Assembly: GCA_965240325.2 (NCBI GenBank)
Contig: OZ251252.1
Span: 434,001 to 498,000 of the forward strand
Origin: Rebecca billardiae RCC1528
Lineage: Eukaryota; Protista; Haptophyta
Length of the DNA: 64,000 nucleotides
Direction: 5' to 3'
In this document: one piece after another, positions 13,201 to 23,271 of the stretch
Layout of the letters: each line of letters starts with the position of its first letter
Position numbering within the stretch: position 1 is the stretch's first letter
Notes under the pieces: model-generated
What the model saw: the letters and a program-made list of their open reading frames with translations, nothing else
The model's database searches: none
What the model was told of the DNA's origin: nothing
Translations under genes and position numbers: made by a program

Positions 13201-13498
13201 GCCAGGCCACGTCCGGCCAGGCGTTCCCGCAGATGGTGTTCGACCACTGGGCGACCATGCTGGGCGACCCGCTCGGCGATGCCAAGACGGTCGAGCTGGT
13301 GACGGGTGCGCGCGCGCTAGCTGCGCGCCGCAGCGCGCAGCCACGCCGGCGTACGCGCCGCCGTGCGCTGCTGCCGCGGCTCACGACCACCGCACGCCCC
13401 GCGCCGCCGCCGCCGCCGCCGCACACGCAGGCATCCGCAAGCGCAAGGGCCTCAAGGAGGAGATCCCGGCGCTCAACAACTACGAGGACAAGCTCTAG
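10224..13498 (+). CDS. EEF2: Eukaryotic translation elongation factor 2; introns 10901-11244, 11846-12008, 13046-13174, 13306-13430
   Basis: MVNFTVDE...[36 protein letters not shown], diphthamide-site [16 protein letters not shown]-terminal [20 protein letters not shown]. Four GT-AG introns restore the frame. Confidence 0.98.
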
Positions 13499-14014
13499 AC
13501 ACCCGGTCACGCTGCGCTCGCCACATCGCCTCCGCACGTCCCGACGCCTGCCGCAAGCGTGTGGCGCGCGGCGGGCGCCCCGGCCGCCACGGCTCTGCTC
13601 GGCGCCGCGCGCGGCGCTCGTCCAGAGTGTCACGCGCTGCGCAGCCGTGCGGACGTGAGGCACGCTGTTCGCCACGAGCGTTGCCCGCTCTATTGTTGCC
13701 AGCACGGACGCGCACGAGGCAATGGCAAGCGAGAGCTGGCCACGCGATGCTTATGGTCGCAGGCGCGGCTTCTGCGTGCTCGCGCAGCAGCAGTCGGCGA
13801 CGGTCGTGATGCGCGAGCTGCCTCCGCGGCCCCTACGCCCTATGAGCGGCGATCGCGCCTGACTGCAGCAGAGTAGTCTGCTGCGACCGCTGATGATATG
13901 ACGATTTTGTTCGCGACGCTGTCTGTCATCACTGCTGGTTTAGAGAGAGAGAGAGACTAGAGAGATGATCGACCACGTACCGTAGTCACCGTACTCCGTA
14001 CTCCGTACTCCGTA

Positions 14015-15440
14015 CACCTTGAATGACCCCAGTGGGCGGAAATGGCCATATCTCCCGGAGATTGCGTTTACTGACGTACGTCAGTAAAGTTTCGTCGGGA
14101 TTTTCAGCAATTTCATTGGAGGAGGGTGCCTCACTCTATTGTCCAAACTTGCATTTTCGGGATGTGAAGCTGTAAGTGTTTCGCCTTGCGGAGTAGCGCA
14201 GCCGCCAATCCGTCCAATGGGAAGCCAGCTCGGGCTTCGCTCAATGAAAAATGATCACATCGGCTCCCGCGAGCCCCAATAGGAAATAGATGCTCGCTCC
14301 GTTCCACTTCGTCGGTATCTCGCCGTCTCGTGGTGGGCGAGGGGCGGAGCTGAGTGGTTGGGGCTGCGGCGCGGACTGCGATGCTGGGCTGCTGACGTTC
14401 TCCGCGCGGGATATCTGAGGGGCACGCGAGCTGTATGTAGGGCACGCCTTGCAAACAATCTCCCCGCTGTACGTGCAGGTCATGCTAGCGTCCTCCGCGC
14501 CAAAAAAACCTGCTTGTTCTTGCGCGAGGCCCGAGTCCGCGGCACGGTCGCTGCTCGCCGCAAGCTGGCACGCGTCAGCGTCTACACATTCACGATTCGG
14601 TGGTCATCGTGCGCCTGAGGACGGGGGCGATCTACTGAGTGCGCTGCTAGATGAGCAGGCCCGCGTAAGGTTAGATCACCCTGCTCCTCACGCCTTGCGC
14701 GCACCTTGGGTTGCTTCCGTCACGCCGTTGAGGCGCTTCACGTCGCACGGGTCGGCGTAAGCTGTGTGTGTGATGCAAGCAGACGTCTTCCAAGCCTGGC
14801 TTGTACCCGATGGGAGAGCATACTTCTATCGCCTTCAGCCACCACCTTCTCCGGCGTTCGACGCCCACACTACATGCGACCACAGCCATACGCAGCTCGT
14901 CGGGACTCGTCTCCGTTAGCTTGTCGATGTGCAAACGCCAAGGCCTGTGACACGCAGGGAAGACTGATTCGCCATGGCATTTGTGCACTGCGTGAAGCAT
15001 TGACACCCGCGCACGTTCGCCAGGTAGATTTGCGGGAGCAGAGCGTGCTTTTCTGCAAGGAATCGCACACGTATCACAGAAGTTCAGCAGTCGCGGGCTC
15101 GGACTGAAGATCTCTGCACCGTCGCTTGGCCGTGAGTGACAGGAACAGGCGAGGAGCTCCCACGGTGCTGGCGCACAACATGCCGTGACAGCGGGGGGCA
15201 CACACATGGCGCGTGCGCTGACACAACCGCGCGGACGACCGGGCTAGGCGCCACTGATCGGCCGCCCTCGTGCAAGGCACCGGCGGACTTCGCGGCCGGA
15301 ACGCCATCGGGACAGCCGTCCCTCGTTTCGGCCGCCAGATAGTCTTTCGCCTTCTTCAAAACTCTAAACATTGACTGGCCAAGTAACTCTGAGATTCGCA
15401 ATCGTGCGGCCAAAAACGGGGCTGGGGGGCAGTCAAGGTG
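14015..15440. mobile_element. Candidate TIR-bounded element (~1.4 kb) with decayed internal sequence
   Basis: CACCTTGAATGACCCC at 14015 versus the reverse complement of 15425-15440 (CACCTTGACTGCCCCC), 14/16. Flanks CTCCGTA / GTCCGTA could be an imperfect TSD. Lower GC than the neighbouring genes. Confidence 0.35.
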
Positions 15441-15517
15441 GTCCGTAGTGAACTAGTGTCTAGTGACGTCAGACGTACGTAAATGTATATTATGTAATTC
15501 GTCGCGCGATGGCTATT

Positions 15518-15612
15518 ATATATATATATATATATCTTATTTAATATATATATTAGTTATATCATCTATATATATATATATATATTAATATATATATTAA
15601 TATATATATATA
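15518..15612. repeat. (TA)n-rich microsatellite patch
   Basis: Interrupted TATATA runs, directly visible. Confidence 0.85.
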
Positions 15613-15785
15613 CGGATATACGACGATGCTGCTGACGAATATTAATATATATGCTGCGCGTGCTACTGTATCGTGACTCGTGTCGTGGTCTGCATGTGAC
15701 TACTGTATATACCGTGTACCCGCCGGTCGTCACGGCCATGCCCACGGTTCAGTATGCACGCACGGCAGACGACTCGGCGCGCGCA

Positions 15786-18004
15786 TCATTGGGCGGAGTG
15801 CGACGCTGCCGCAGCCGTCCCGCTACCGCGCTGCTCGCCGCTCGAAGGCCGGAACCGCGACATGCCTGCTGCGTTCGATGCGGTTCGCGTGGCGAGCTTT
15901 CTCCCTTTGCTCGACGGCGAGTTGGGCCCACCGTCGACCTCGCCAGCTCGTCTCGCGAGTCCGCGCACGCTCCTCGCCTGCGCACGGCGTAGCGACAGCC
16001 GCGCGGGTGCGCGCGCGTGAGTGGGCGCGAGCGCGCCGCCTCCGCGCTGCGCGCCTTGCCGGCGGCGCAGGGGCGTCCGCAGCCGCACGCGGTGCGCCGC
16101 GGCGCACCTTGAGCTCGTCGCGCGAGAGCGGCCGCCCGTCGTCGTCGTCGTCGTCGTCCGCGTCCTCCACGTTGGTCGTGGGCACGGCGATCGCCATGGC
16201 GGACATCAGATCTGTGGGCGCGAGGGGGCCGGCGGGCCCGCCGCTGCCCAGCTGCGGAGGCGGAGGGAGGCGGGGCGGGGCGGCATCGCGCGTGAGCGCC
16301 GGCGTGCGGCGCGGGCCACGCCTCGCGCGCGCCGCGCCCGCCGCGCGCGCGCACCCGCATCCCCGGGTGCGCGCTGCCCGCGTGGTGCAGCGCGGTGAGG
16401 AAGGTGCGGCCACCCTCGTCCACCAGCACGTCCGAGCCGCGCGCGCGCTCGGCGCTGGCCGCGCGGCGCGCGCCCTCGGCCGAGCGCGCGCCGAAGGCGC
16501 GGAGGAGCTCGTTGGTGCGCTGCTCGATCACGCCGAGGTACACCATCATGTTCGACTCGGTCACGCCCTCCTCGCCGCCCACCTCCCTGAGGAAGGCCAT
16601 GTTGCAGCCGATGCGCGCGCACAGCGCCTCGATGCGCTCGCCGAGCGTGCCGATCAGGCTCGTGTGCGAGCGCCACCGCTCGTCGAGCGACTCGGCGCGC
16701 GCCTCGGCGGCGCGCACGCGCAGCTCGAGCTCCTTGACGTGCTTGTGCCGCTGCGTGTCCACCCCCTGGTCCAGCCCCTTGTACCGCTCGATCTCCGCGC
16801 GCAGCTCGAGCAGCGCCTCGGCGCCCTTGTCCACCTCCGCGCTCAGCTCGTTGAGGTAGTTGAAGCGCGAGAAGTTCTGCTCCTCGCCCTCGATGAACTG
16901 CGAGACGAGCTCCTCGATGTCGGTGATGCCCGTCGCCTCCTGGATCTTCTCGAACGCGTCCTCGTACGAGTGCACCTTCTCGATGTTCGCGTGGATGCTC
17001 GCCTTGTCCTTGGCCAGCCCCCAGTTGGCGCGCCGCACCTGCCGCTTGAGCTGCTGCTCGTCGTCGAGCGTGAGCTGGCCGCGCAGCTCGGTCTCGGGCA
17101 CGGCGTTGCCCTCGAAGCGCGCCTGCAGGTCGCGGGACATGGCCTCGTGCACCTTGAGGTCCTCGTCTAACGTGTCCCCCAGCGCCTTCCACTCCGCCTC
17201 GAACTCGCGCTGCTCGCGCTCGCTCGTCTGCCGCACGCGCGCCGCGCTCGCCTGCAGCCGGTCGCGCTCCTCGTACGCCACGTTGGCCGCCTCGATCACC
17301 TCCGCCATCGAGCGCTTCTTCTCGCCGAGCTCGCGCTGGAGCTTCTTGTACAGCGAGTCGAAGACGAGCCGCTCGCGCCGCAGGTTGTCGATCTGCTCGC
17401 GCAGCTCCTTGTTGTGCGCGATGCTCTCGTTGAACTTGACGAGCGCCTTGTCGAGCCGGTTCTCGAGCACCGCCACCTGCCGCTCGACCGCGTGGTCGGC
17501 CTCGGTGGGCGCGTGGATGCCGCCCATCGCCTGGCGCTGGCGCAGGAGCTGCTCGCGCAGCTGCTCGTTCTGCTTGTCCAGCTGCACGCCGCGCTGCCGC
17601 TCCAGCTCGATCTTCCGCGCGAACTGGTCGCCCAGGTCGGTCATCTTGTTGATCTGCGACGAGAGACGCACCTCGCCGCCCATCGCCGCCGCGCGCGTCT
17701 CGAGGGAGAGCTCCTGCTTGAGGCTGAGGTTCTCCTTCTGCAGCTTGTCAATGTGCGACTTCTGCTTCTTCAGCACGTTCTGCGCGGCGCGCGGGCGCGC
17801 GGCGCACGCCGGGACGCGCGTCACGCGCGCGGCCGAGCAAGCGCGGGCGCGTGTGCGCATCTCGCGCCGCCGCCGCTCGCGCGCGTGGCCCACCTGCACT
17901 TCGTCCGCGTACGCCTTGCGATCGCCCTCCATGATCTTGAACCGCCGATTGAGCTCCTCGAGCTCCGCCTCGACGGAGGCGGCGACCGCCCCATCCGCCG
18001 CCAT
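15786..18004 (-). CDS. ODAD1: Outer dynein arm docking complex subunit ODA-DC2 / CCDC114-CCDC63 family; introns 17780-17893, 16252-16354, 15978-16107
   Basis: Motifs RRFKIMEGDRKAY, LENRLDKALVKFNESIAHNKELREQIDNLRRER, YEDAFEKIQEATG, EEQNFSRFNYLNEL, TESNMMVYLGVIEQRTNELL and acidic tail ...RPLSRDELK^ARSVRGL. GT-AG introns join these blocks. Confidence 0.9.
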
Positions 18005-18138
18005 CGCGGCGCCAGCCGCCGTAACGCGCGACGGAGCGGCTGTGCACCACGGCTGCCAGCTCAAATGCAACCGCCGCCCTTGGTGCTTGCTGGCGGTGTC
18101 GTCAGCCATGCTGATCGGCTGATTCGGTGAGATGGCCC

Positions 18139-18789
18139 ATGGCGGCGGCCCGCAAGCCGTTCGGCTTCACCTACGTCACCTACGATGATGGGGACCCCGT
18201 GGGCGCCGCTGCCGCGCTGCTGAGCCTGACGCCGATCTTCCTGATCGTCACGTACGCCGTGCTGCTCGTCTCGCGCCGCGAGGCGCACGTCGCCTTCGTG
18301 CTCGCCGGCCAGCTGCTCAACGGTGTGCTGAACGGGCTGCTCAAGGCGGCGCTCGCGCAGCCGCGCCCGGCTGGCAGCGATCGTACCGATCCTGGCATGC
18401 CGTCCGACCACGCGCAGTTCATGGGCTTCTTCGCCACCTACGCCTGCGCCTTCCTCGCCACGCGCGTCCGCTTCCCAGAGCGGCCCGGCTGGCGGCCCCT
18501 GCTCGGGGCCGCCGTGGTCGCGCTCGCGCTCGCCGTCGCCGCCTCACGCGTGTACCTGGGCTACCACACGTGCGCGCAGGTCGGCGTGGGCATGGGCGTG
18601 GGCACGCTGACCGGGCTCGCCTGGTACACCCTCTACCTCCGCCACCTCCGTGCGCGTCTGCCTCGACTCGTGCGGCAGTCGCGCGTGTGCCGCTACCTGT
18701 ACGTGCTCGACCACTCCGCCGTGGAGGATGTACTGCGCGCAGAGTACGATACATTTGCCGCCAGCCTGCCCAAGGCGCGCAGCCGCTGA
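18139..18789 (+). CDS. DOLPP1: Dolichyl-diphosphatase (PAP2 family)
   Basis: FTYVTYDDGDP...LSLTP, KxxxxQPRP, GMPSDHAQFMGFF and SRVYLGYHT are PAP2 C1-C3 motifs typical of DOLPP1/CAX4; several TM segments. Confidence 0.9.
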   Translation: MAAARKPFGFTYVTYDDGDPVGAAAALLSLTPIFLIVTYAVLLVSRREAHVAFVLAGQLLNGVLNGLLKAALAQPRPAGSDRTDPGMPSDHAQFMGFFATYACAFLATRVRFPERPGWRPLLGAAVVALALAVAASRVYLGYHTCAQVGVGMGVGTLTGLAWYTLYLRHLRARLPRLVRQSRVCRYLYVLDHSAVEDVLRAEYDTFAASLPKARSR

Positions 18790-19031
18790 GCAGCGCCGCG
18801 CGTACCTCGAGCCGGGCGCGCATCGCGCTAGAGACGCGGGTGCCAGTGCGTCCACTGTCACGTCGCACGACGGCGCGATCGCCGCCCGCCCAGGCGGCGG
18901 CGAAGCGCGGAGGCCACCATCCGCCGCGCTTTCCAGCTTTGCCGCTGGACAGAGCGCGGCACATTTTGTTAATTGTTTTGCTGAAAAGCGCCTGCCAAAG
19001 AAATAACTGCTTGTGGACGGACGGCACAATC

Positions 19032-21251
19032 ATGGCGGCCCATTCCTCCATCTGCGCCGCGTTCGTGTGTGCGGCGCTAGCTGGCGGCCCGTCGCGCTCA
19101 CCATCATTGTCGTCGTCGTGCGACGAGATGGTGTCGCTGCCCCCGAGCGCCCACACTGCGCCGGGCGCTGGCTATTGCCCGCTCGTGCTGTGGCGCCACA
19201 TCGCCAAGGCTGGGGGGAGCACGGTGCGCACGGCGTTTGGCCGGCTGCACATGCACTCAGGCGGGCGCTGGCTGAACGTGGCGCGGCAGGAGCGCGTGCT
19301 TGGCTGGCACACACTGCAGCCGTGCAAGTTCGAGCTCAGCTTCCGCCTCAGGGCCCTCGCGCTCTGGGCCAACTGCTCGGCCGGCGTCGACGCGTCGGCT
19401 GCTGTGAACTATGGCGGCGCCGCAATTGAGTACCACGTCAAGCGAGACCGGAGCGGGCTGTTCGCGCTGCACGCGGCGTGGGCGCGCGCGCTCGCGCGCG
19501 GCGTGGCCCCACCCGGCGGCTCGCCACCTGCGCCGCGCGTCGTGCTCGTCACGCTGCTGCGGGAGCCGCTCGGGCGAATCGTGTCCGAGTTTGCCGCGCC
19601 GCTGCCGAGCACGTCTGAGCGCATGACGAAGAACATGCAGAAGGAGGGCGCACGAGGCGACGATGGCGGCGAGGGCGGCGAGGGCAGCGAGGGTGCGGCG
19701 CGCGGCGCGCAGGGCAGGGTGCTGAGCAGGTGCGAGCCGCAGTCCGCTCAGCAACTACTCGCCTTTGTGCGCCTCATGCGCAGCCCGCAGTGCCGCAAGC
19801 TCGCGAGCGAGAGCGGCTTCGAAGCGGAACCCTTCTTGGACAGCCGGCGGCGGCGGGAGGCGGACAAGCTGTGGGGCCTGCTGCGCGGCGCGGCGGAGGC
19901 GCAGGGCCGAGCGCCGCCCGCGGAGGCGCGGTGGGCGGAGATGCCGTGGGCCGACGTCGCGCGTCCCGTTGCGCCCGAACCCTGGGGCCCGCTCACGGCA
20001 GAAGTGCATGCACCGCGCAGCGGCAGCTCAGGCCTGCCGGCCTTGCTCACGAACTACAGCGGTGGTTCCGGTATCGTGAACGGGAGTAGTCGTAGCGATC
20101 CTCGCGCGGCGGCTGGAGCGGCGGCACAGCTGAGGTTGGTCGAGCGCGCGTGCTCCGAGCCGCAGGCCGAGGACGAGGAGGACGAGGAGGATGAGGAGGA
20201 CGACGCACTCGTCAAGCTCGGCCTGCTGGAGCGAGCGCCGAGGCGTGCCGCCGCGGCCGGCCTGCCGCGTGCGCCGCCGCGTGCGCCGCCGGCGACGGCG
20301 GAGCAGGCGCGGCTCCTGGCGCCCTTCGACGTGGTCGGCGTGACTGAGGCGCTGGAAGCGACGCTGCTCGTGGTGTGCACGGAGGCGGGGATGCCCACGT
20401 GCCCCGCGCGCCCGCCGCGCGCGCACGTGCGCCCGGGCAGCAGCGGCCGAGGCAGCTCCGAATGCCCGTTTGCGTGGACAGCTGCGCTGTGGCGGACGGC
20501 CCTCGAGCTCAACGCTGCCGACAGGGCGTTGTATGCGCTCGCGCGCCGGAGGCTGGGCACGAGCGTCGAACGGCTGCCCGACGCTGTGCGCCTGGCCGCG
20601 CAGCAGACCAGGATCCGCACCGCGCTCGGCTGCCCGCTCGATTATGAGATCCGGCTACTTGAGAACAATGGCAAGGCTGGCGCTGACACTCGTGGGCGCG
20701 AGAGGGGCACGGCAGCGGCAGCCGAGGCTGCCTATGCGGCCGCGGCCGCTGCGCACACGCACGCGCTGAGCGTGCGTTCTGCGAACCGGTCCTGGCACGG
20801 CCAGCTCGGCCACGCTGACGGCACAGGCGAGCACGCGCCGCCTGCGCTCGTGCGCTCATGCCGCTGCTGCTTCGTCGCCCGCTTGGACCGGCCGGGCGCC
20901 CCTGCCGCCACGGGCGCCGCGACTGCACCTGAGGGCGGGCTGCCACTGCCCTCGGCATCGAGCAGCACCGTCGCCGCGCAGCAGCCGGTGGGGCCACGGG
21001 TGCTGCTGGATGATCACGGCGAACGCGGCGGGGCCGAAGGGCGGGCCCTGGAAAGCCCATCAGGCGCTGCGCTTCCACGCTTGGCGCCGACGCCATGCAT
21101 GCCGAGCGTCAAGGTTGGCAGCAACAAGGGGGCGGAAGCACCGGTCAAGCCGCGTGGCCGGGCGTCAGCACGCAGTGACTTCGCCTACTGCACGCCTCGC
21201 GTGTGGCGCGCTGACTTGCCGCCGGCGCCTGATGCGGGCGCGCTGCGCTGA
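19032..21251 (+). CDS. Secretory-pathway sulfotransferase-like protein with low-complexity insertions
   Basis: Hydrophobic N-terminus; 5'-PSB-like WRHIAKAGGSTVR; 3'-PB-like LLREPLGRIVSEF; later FDVVGVTE and LNAADRALY, as in Gal-3-O/Sulfotransfer_2-type enzymes. No intron evident. Confidence 0.7.
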   Translation: MAAHSSICAAFVCAALAGGPSRSPSLSSSCDEMVSLPPSAHTAPGAGYCPLVLWRHIAKAGGSTVRTAFGRLHMHSGGRWLNVARQERVLGWHTLQPCKFELSFRLRALALWANCSAGVDASAAVNYGGAAIEYHVKRDRSGLFALHAAWARALARGVAPPGGSPPAPRVVLVTLLREPLGRIVSEFAAPLPSTSERMTKNMQKEGARGDDGGEGGEGSEGAARGAQGRVLSRCEPQSAQQLLAFVRLMRSPQCRKLASESGFEAEPFLDSRRRREADKLWGLLRGAAEAQGRAPPAEARWAEMPWADVARPVAPEPWGPLTAEVHAPRSGSSGLPALLTNYSGGSGIVNGSSRSDPRAAAGAAAQLRLVERACSEPQAEDEEDEEDEEDDALVKLGLLERAPRRAAAAGLPRAPPRAPPATAEQARLLAPFDVVGVTEALEATLLVVCTEAGMPTCPARPPRAHVRPGSSGRGSSECPFAWTAALWRTALELNAADRALYALARRRLGTSVERLPDAVRLAAQQTRIRTALGCPLDYEIRLLENNGKAGADTRGRERGTAAAAEAAYAAAAAAHTHALSVRSANRSWHGQLGHADGTGEHAPPALVRSCRCCFVARLDRPGAPAATGAATAPEGGLPLPSASSSTVAAQQPVGPRVLLDDHGERGGAEGRALESPSGAALPRLAPTPCMPSVKVGSNKGAEAPVKPRGRASARSDFAYCTPRVWRADLPPAPDAGALR

Positions 21252-21286
21252 CTGTCGCTGACATCACCTTCTGTCGGTCTGTCTCT

Positions 21287-21486
21287 NNNNNNNNNNNNNN
21301 NNNNNNNNNNNNNNNNNNNNNNNNNNNNNNNNNNNNNNNNNNNNNNNNNNNNNNNNNNNNNNNNNNNNNNNNNNNNNNNNNNNNNNNNNNNNNNNNNNNN
21401 NNNNNNNNNNNNNNNNNNNNNNNNNNNNNNNNNNNNNNNNNNNNNNNNNNNNNNNNNNNNNNNNNNNNNNNNNNNNNNNNNNNNNN
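21287..21486. other. Assembly gap (200 N)
   Basis: Run of N. Confidence 1.
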
Positions 21487-23271
21487 GCCGCCGGCTGTCG
21501 GCAGCCTCCGTGCGCTGAGCCGCGCGCCGCGCGGTGCGTGTGCGACGTAGCTCCGCCCACGCCACGCATGCACCCTCGCGCCGCGCCGCCAGCTTGGCGC
21601 TGCCGTCAGCCAGAGCCGATCGAGTGCATGCCCGAGCCTGCTCCGAGAGCATCAATATGGGCTGCGTGTGGCTGCGCGTGCACTTTCGTCGCCTAATTTT
21701 GCCAGCGTCGAGTTGGCGCGTGGCACGCCCACCGTAGCAGCACGACTCCCGAATGCACAAAAGCCGGGGGTCAGCTGAATTAATGCAGCTCACACGACCG
21801 CGCTCCACGCCGAAAACCAGCCCGTAGCTGCCCGCCGGCTGGCTCGTGCATGCGCACCGACTGCCGGGCGCATCGACACCGTGGCGCACAGAGCGCGGGT
21901 GCCGCGGCCGGGTGGGTATGTACTGACGCGGCTGGGCCTGGTGCATGCGCGGGCGGATGGGCTCTGCCCGGGTCGGCGCGTAGCGGGCGTGCGGGCTGAG
22001 ACAAAGTCGTGCCTGCTGCAGCCGGCAACTAAATTTGTGGGTCCCTATAAATGCGGCCGCTGACTTGATGCTTGAGCTCGCTGTGACAGAGTCACGTGTC
22101 GTAGCATCTTGGAGCATAGTTTGCTCTGCCAGACCATACAGGTCGTTTGCGTCGCACTCATCGGTGTTAATGTCATCGTTCGATCGGTCAGACTCAGACA
22201 CAGAGTCGTGCGAGCGAGGCTGCAGACTGACTGCGGTCACGACCGCGCTGTCATTGGCGGCGGCCAGAAGGCCAGCACGCCGAGCAGCGTTGGCAGGCTC
22301 GAGGGCCTCGACGGTCGGAGCGGCATCAGCGGCAGCAGCGTCGAGCGCTACATCTGCCCCGGAACGCTCGGTGACCTCGTTCGATGACTCGGAGGCCGCA
22401 AGGCACTCCTTGAGCTGCGGGCTCTCAGCCGCGCGCTCTTGAACCGCGCTCGCGGGCGCAGAGTCCCGGGCGGTAGTTGTTGAGATCCCCTGCGCAACGA
22501 CGTGCGTGCGGATGGAGTGGCGCGATGGCGGGGGATGCGAGCGGCAACGCTCCTCCTCACCGCGCTGTGCGCGAACCTCCTCCTCAAGGTGATCCTTGAT
22601 GTCGGCTCGAGGCCTTGCGTGCGATGCAGCATTGCGCGCATACGACACGATGCTGCCTGAGTTCAGGTCAGCGATGTTGCCAGGCCCGGAGGCGCTGGAG
22701 ATGGGCTTGCGGAGAAGCGTGAGCTTCTCGCCTTGCCGGTTCTTCTCAGCCTGCATGCCCCTCAGGGCAGCGGCGAGGTAGTCTGGCGTGCGCTTGCGCG
22801 CGATCGCCGATGAGCAGCGCGGCCGAATGCCGCGCGCTCTGCCACGCCTGGCTTCAACCCAATGAGGGGAGCAACTGGGGCGGGCTGATGGCCGTTCACG
22901 TCCTTGCCGCTGTTCTCGTCGTCTCCATCCTTGCCCAAGTTCTCCCAGCACCGTGCTAGCATGTCAGGGAACGCGTCTCGAGGCTTGACGGTCGCGAGGT
23001 CGTGGACGAGCTTCGGCTCTTGTTTGCGGTGCGGAGCACAACGTGTTCGTGGTGCTCGGCTCATGTTTCCGCGTTCATTCAGAATCATCTGGAATACTTC
23101 GAGATGCCGCCGCCAGCCATGCTGTCCTGCTGTATTTTAGGATGAGGTTCAGGTTGATTTTGGAGGATTTTGTGCGAGCGCCGCCGCAGCGGTCGCGCCG
23201 CCACTGTGTGACTGCGAGTAAAATGTTGGATTGGAAATTGGAAATCACTGTAGATTGGCGATTCCTTTGAC

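Noticed and set aside
21487-23130. 588-aa ORF (21185-22951) and the adjacent 108-aa ORF as a gene or transposase
   Set aside because: The ORF spans the N gap, codon usage is less GC3-biased and no motif was recognised; at most a decayed fragment.
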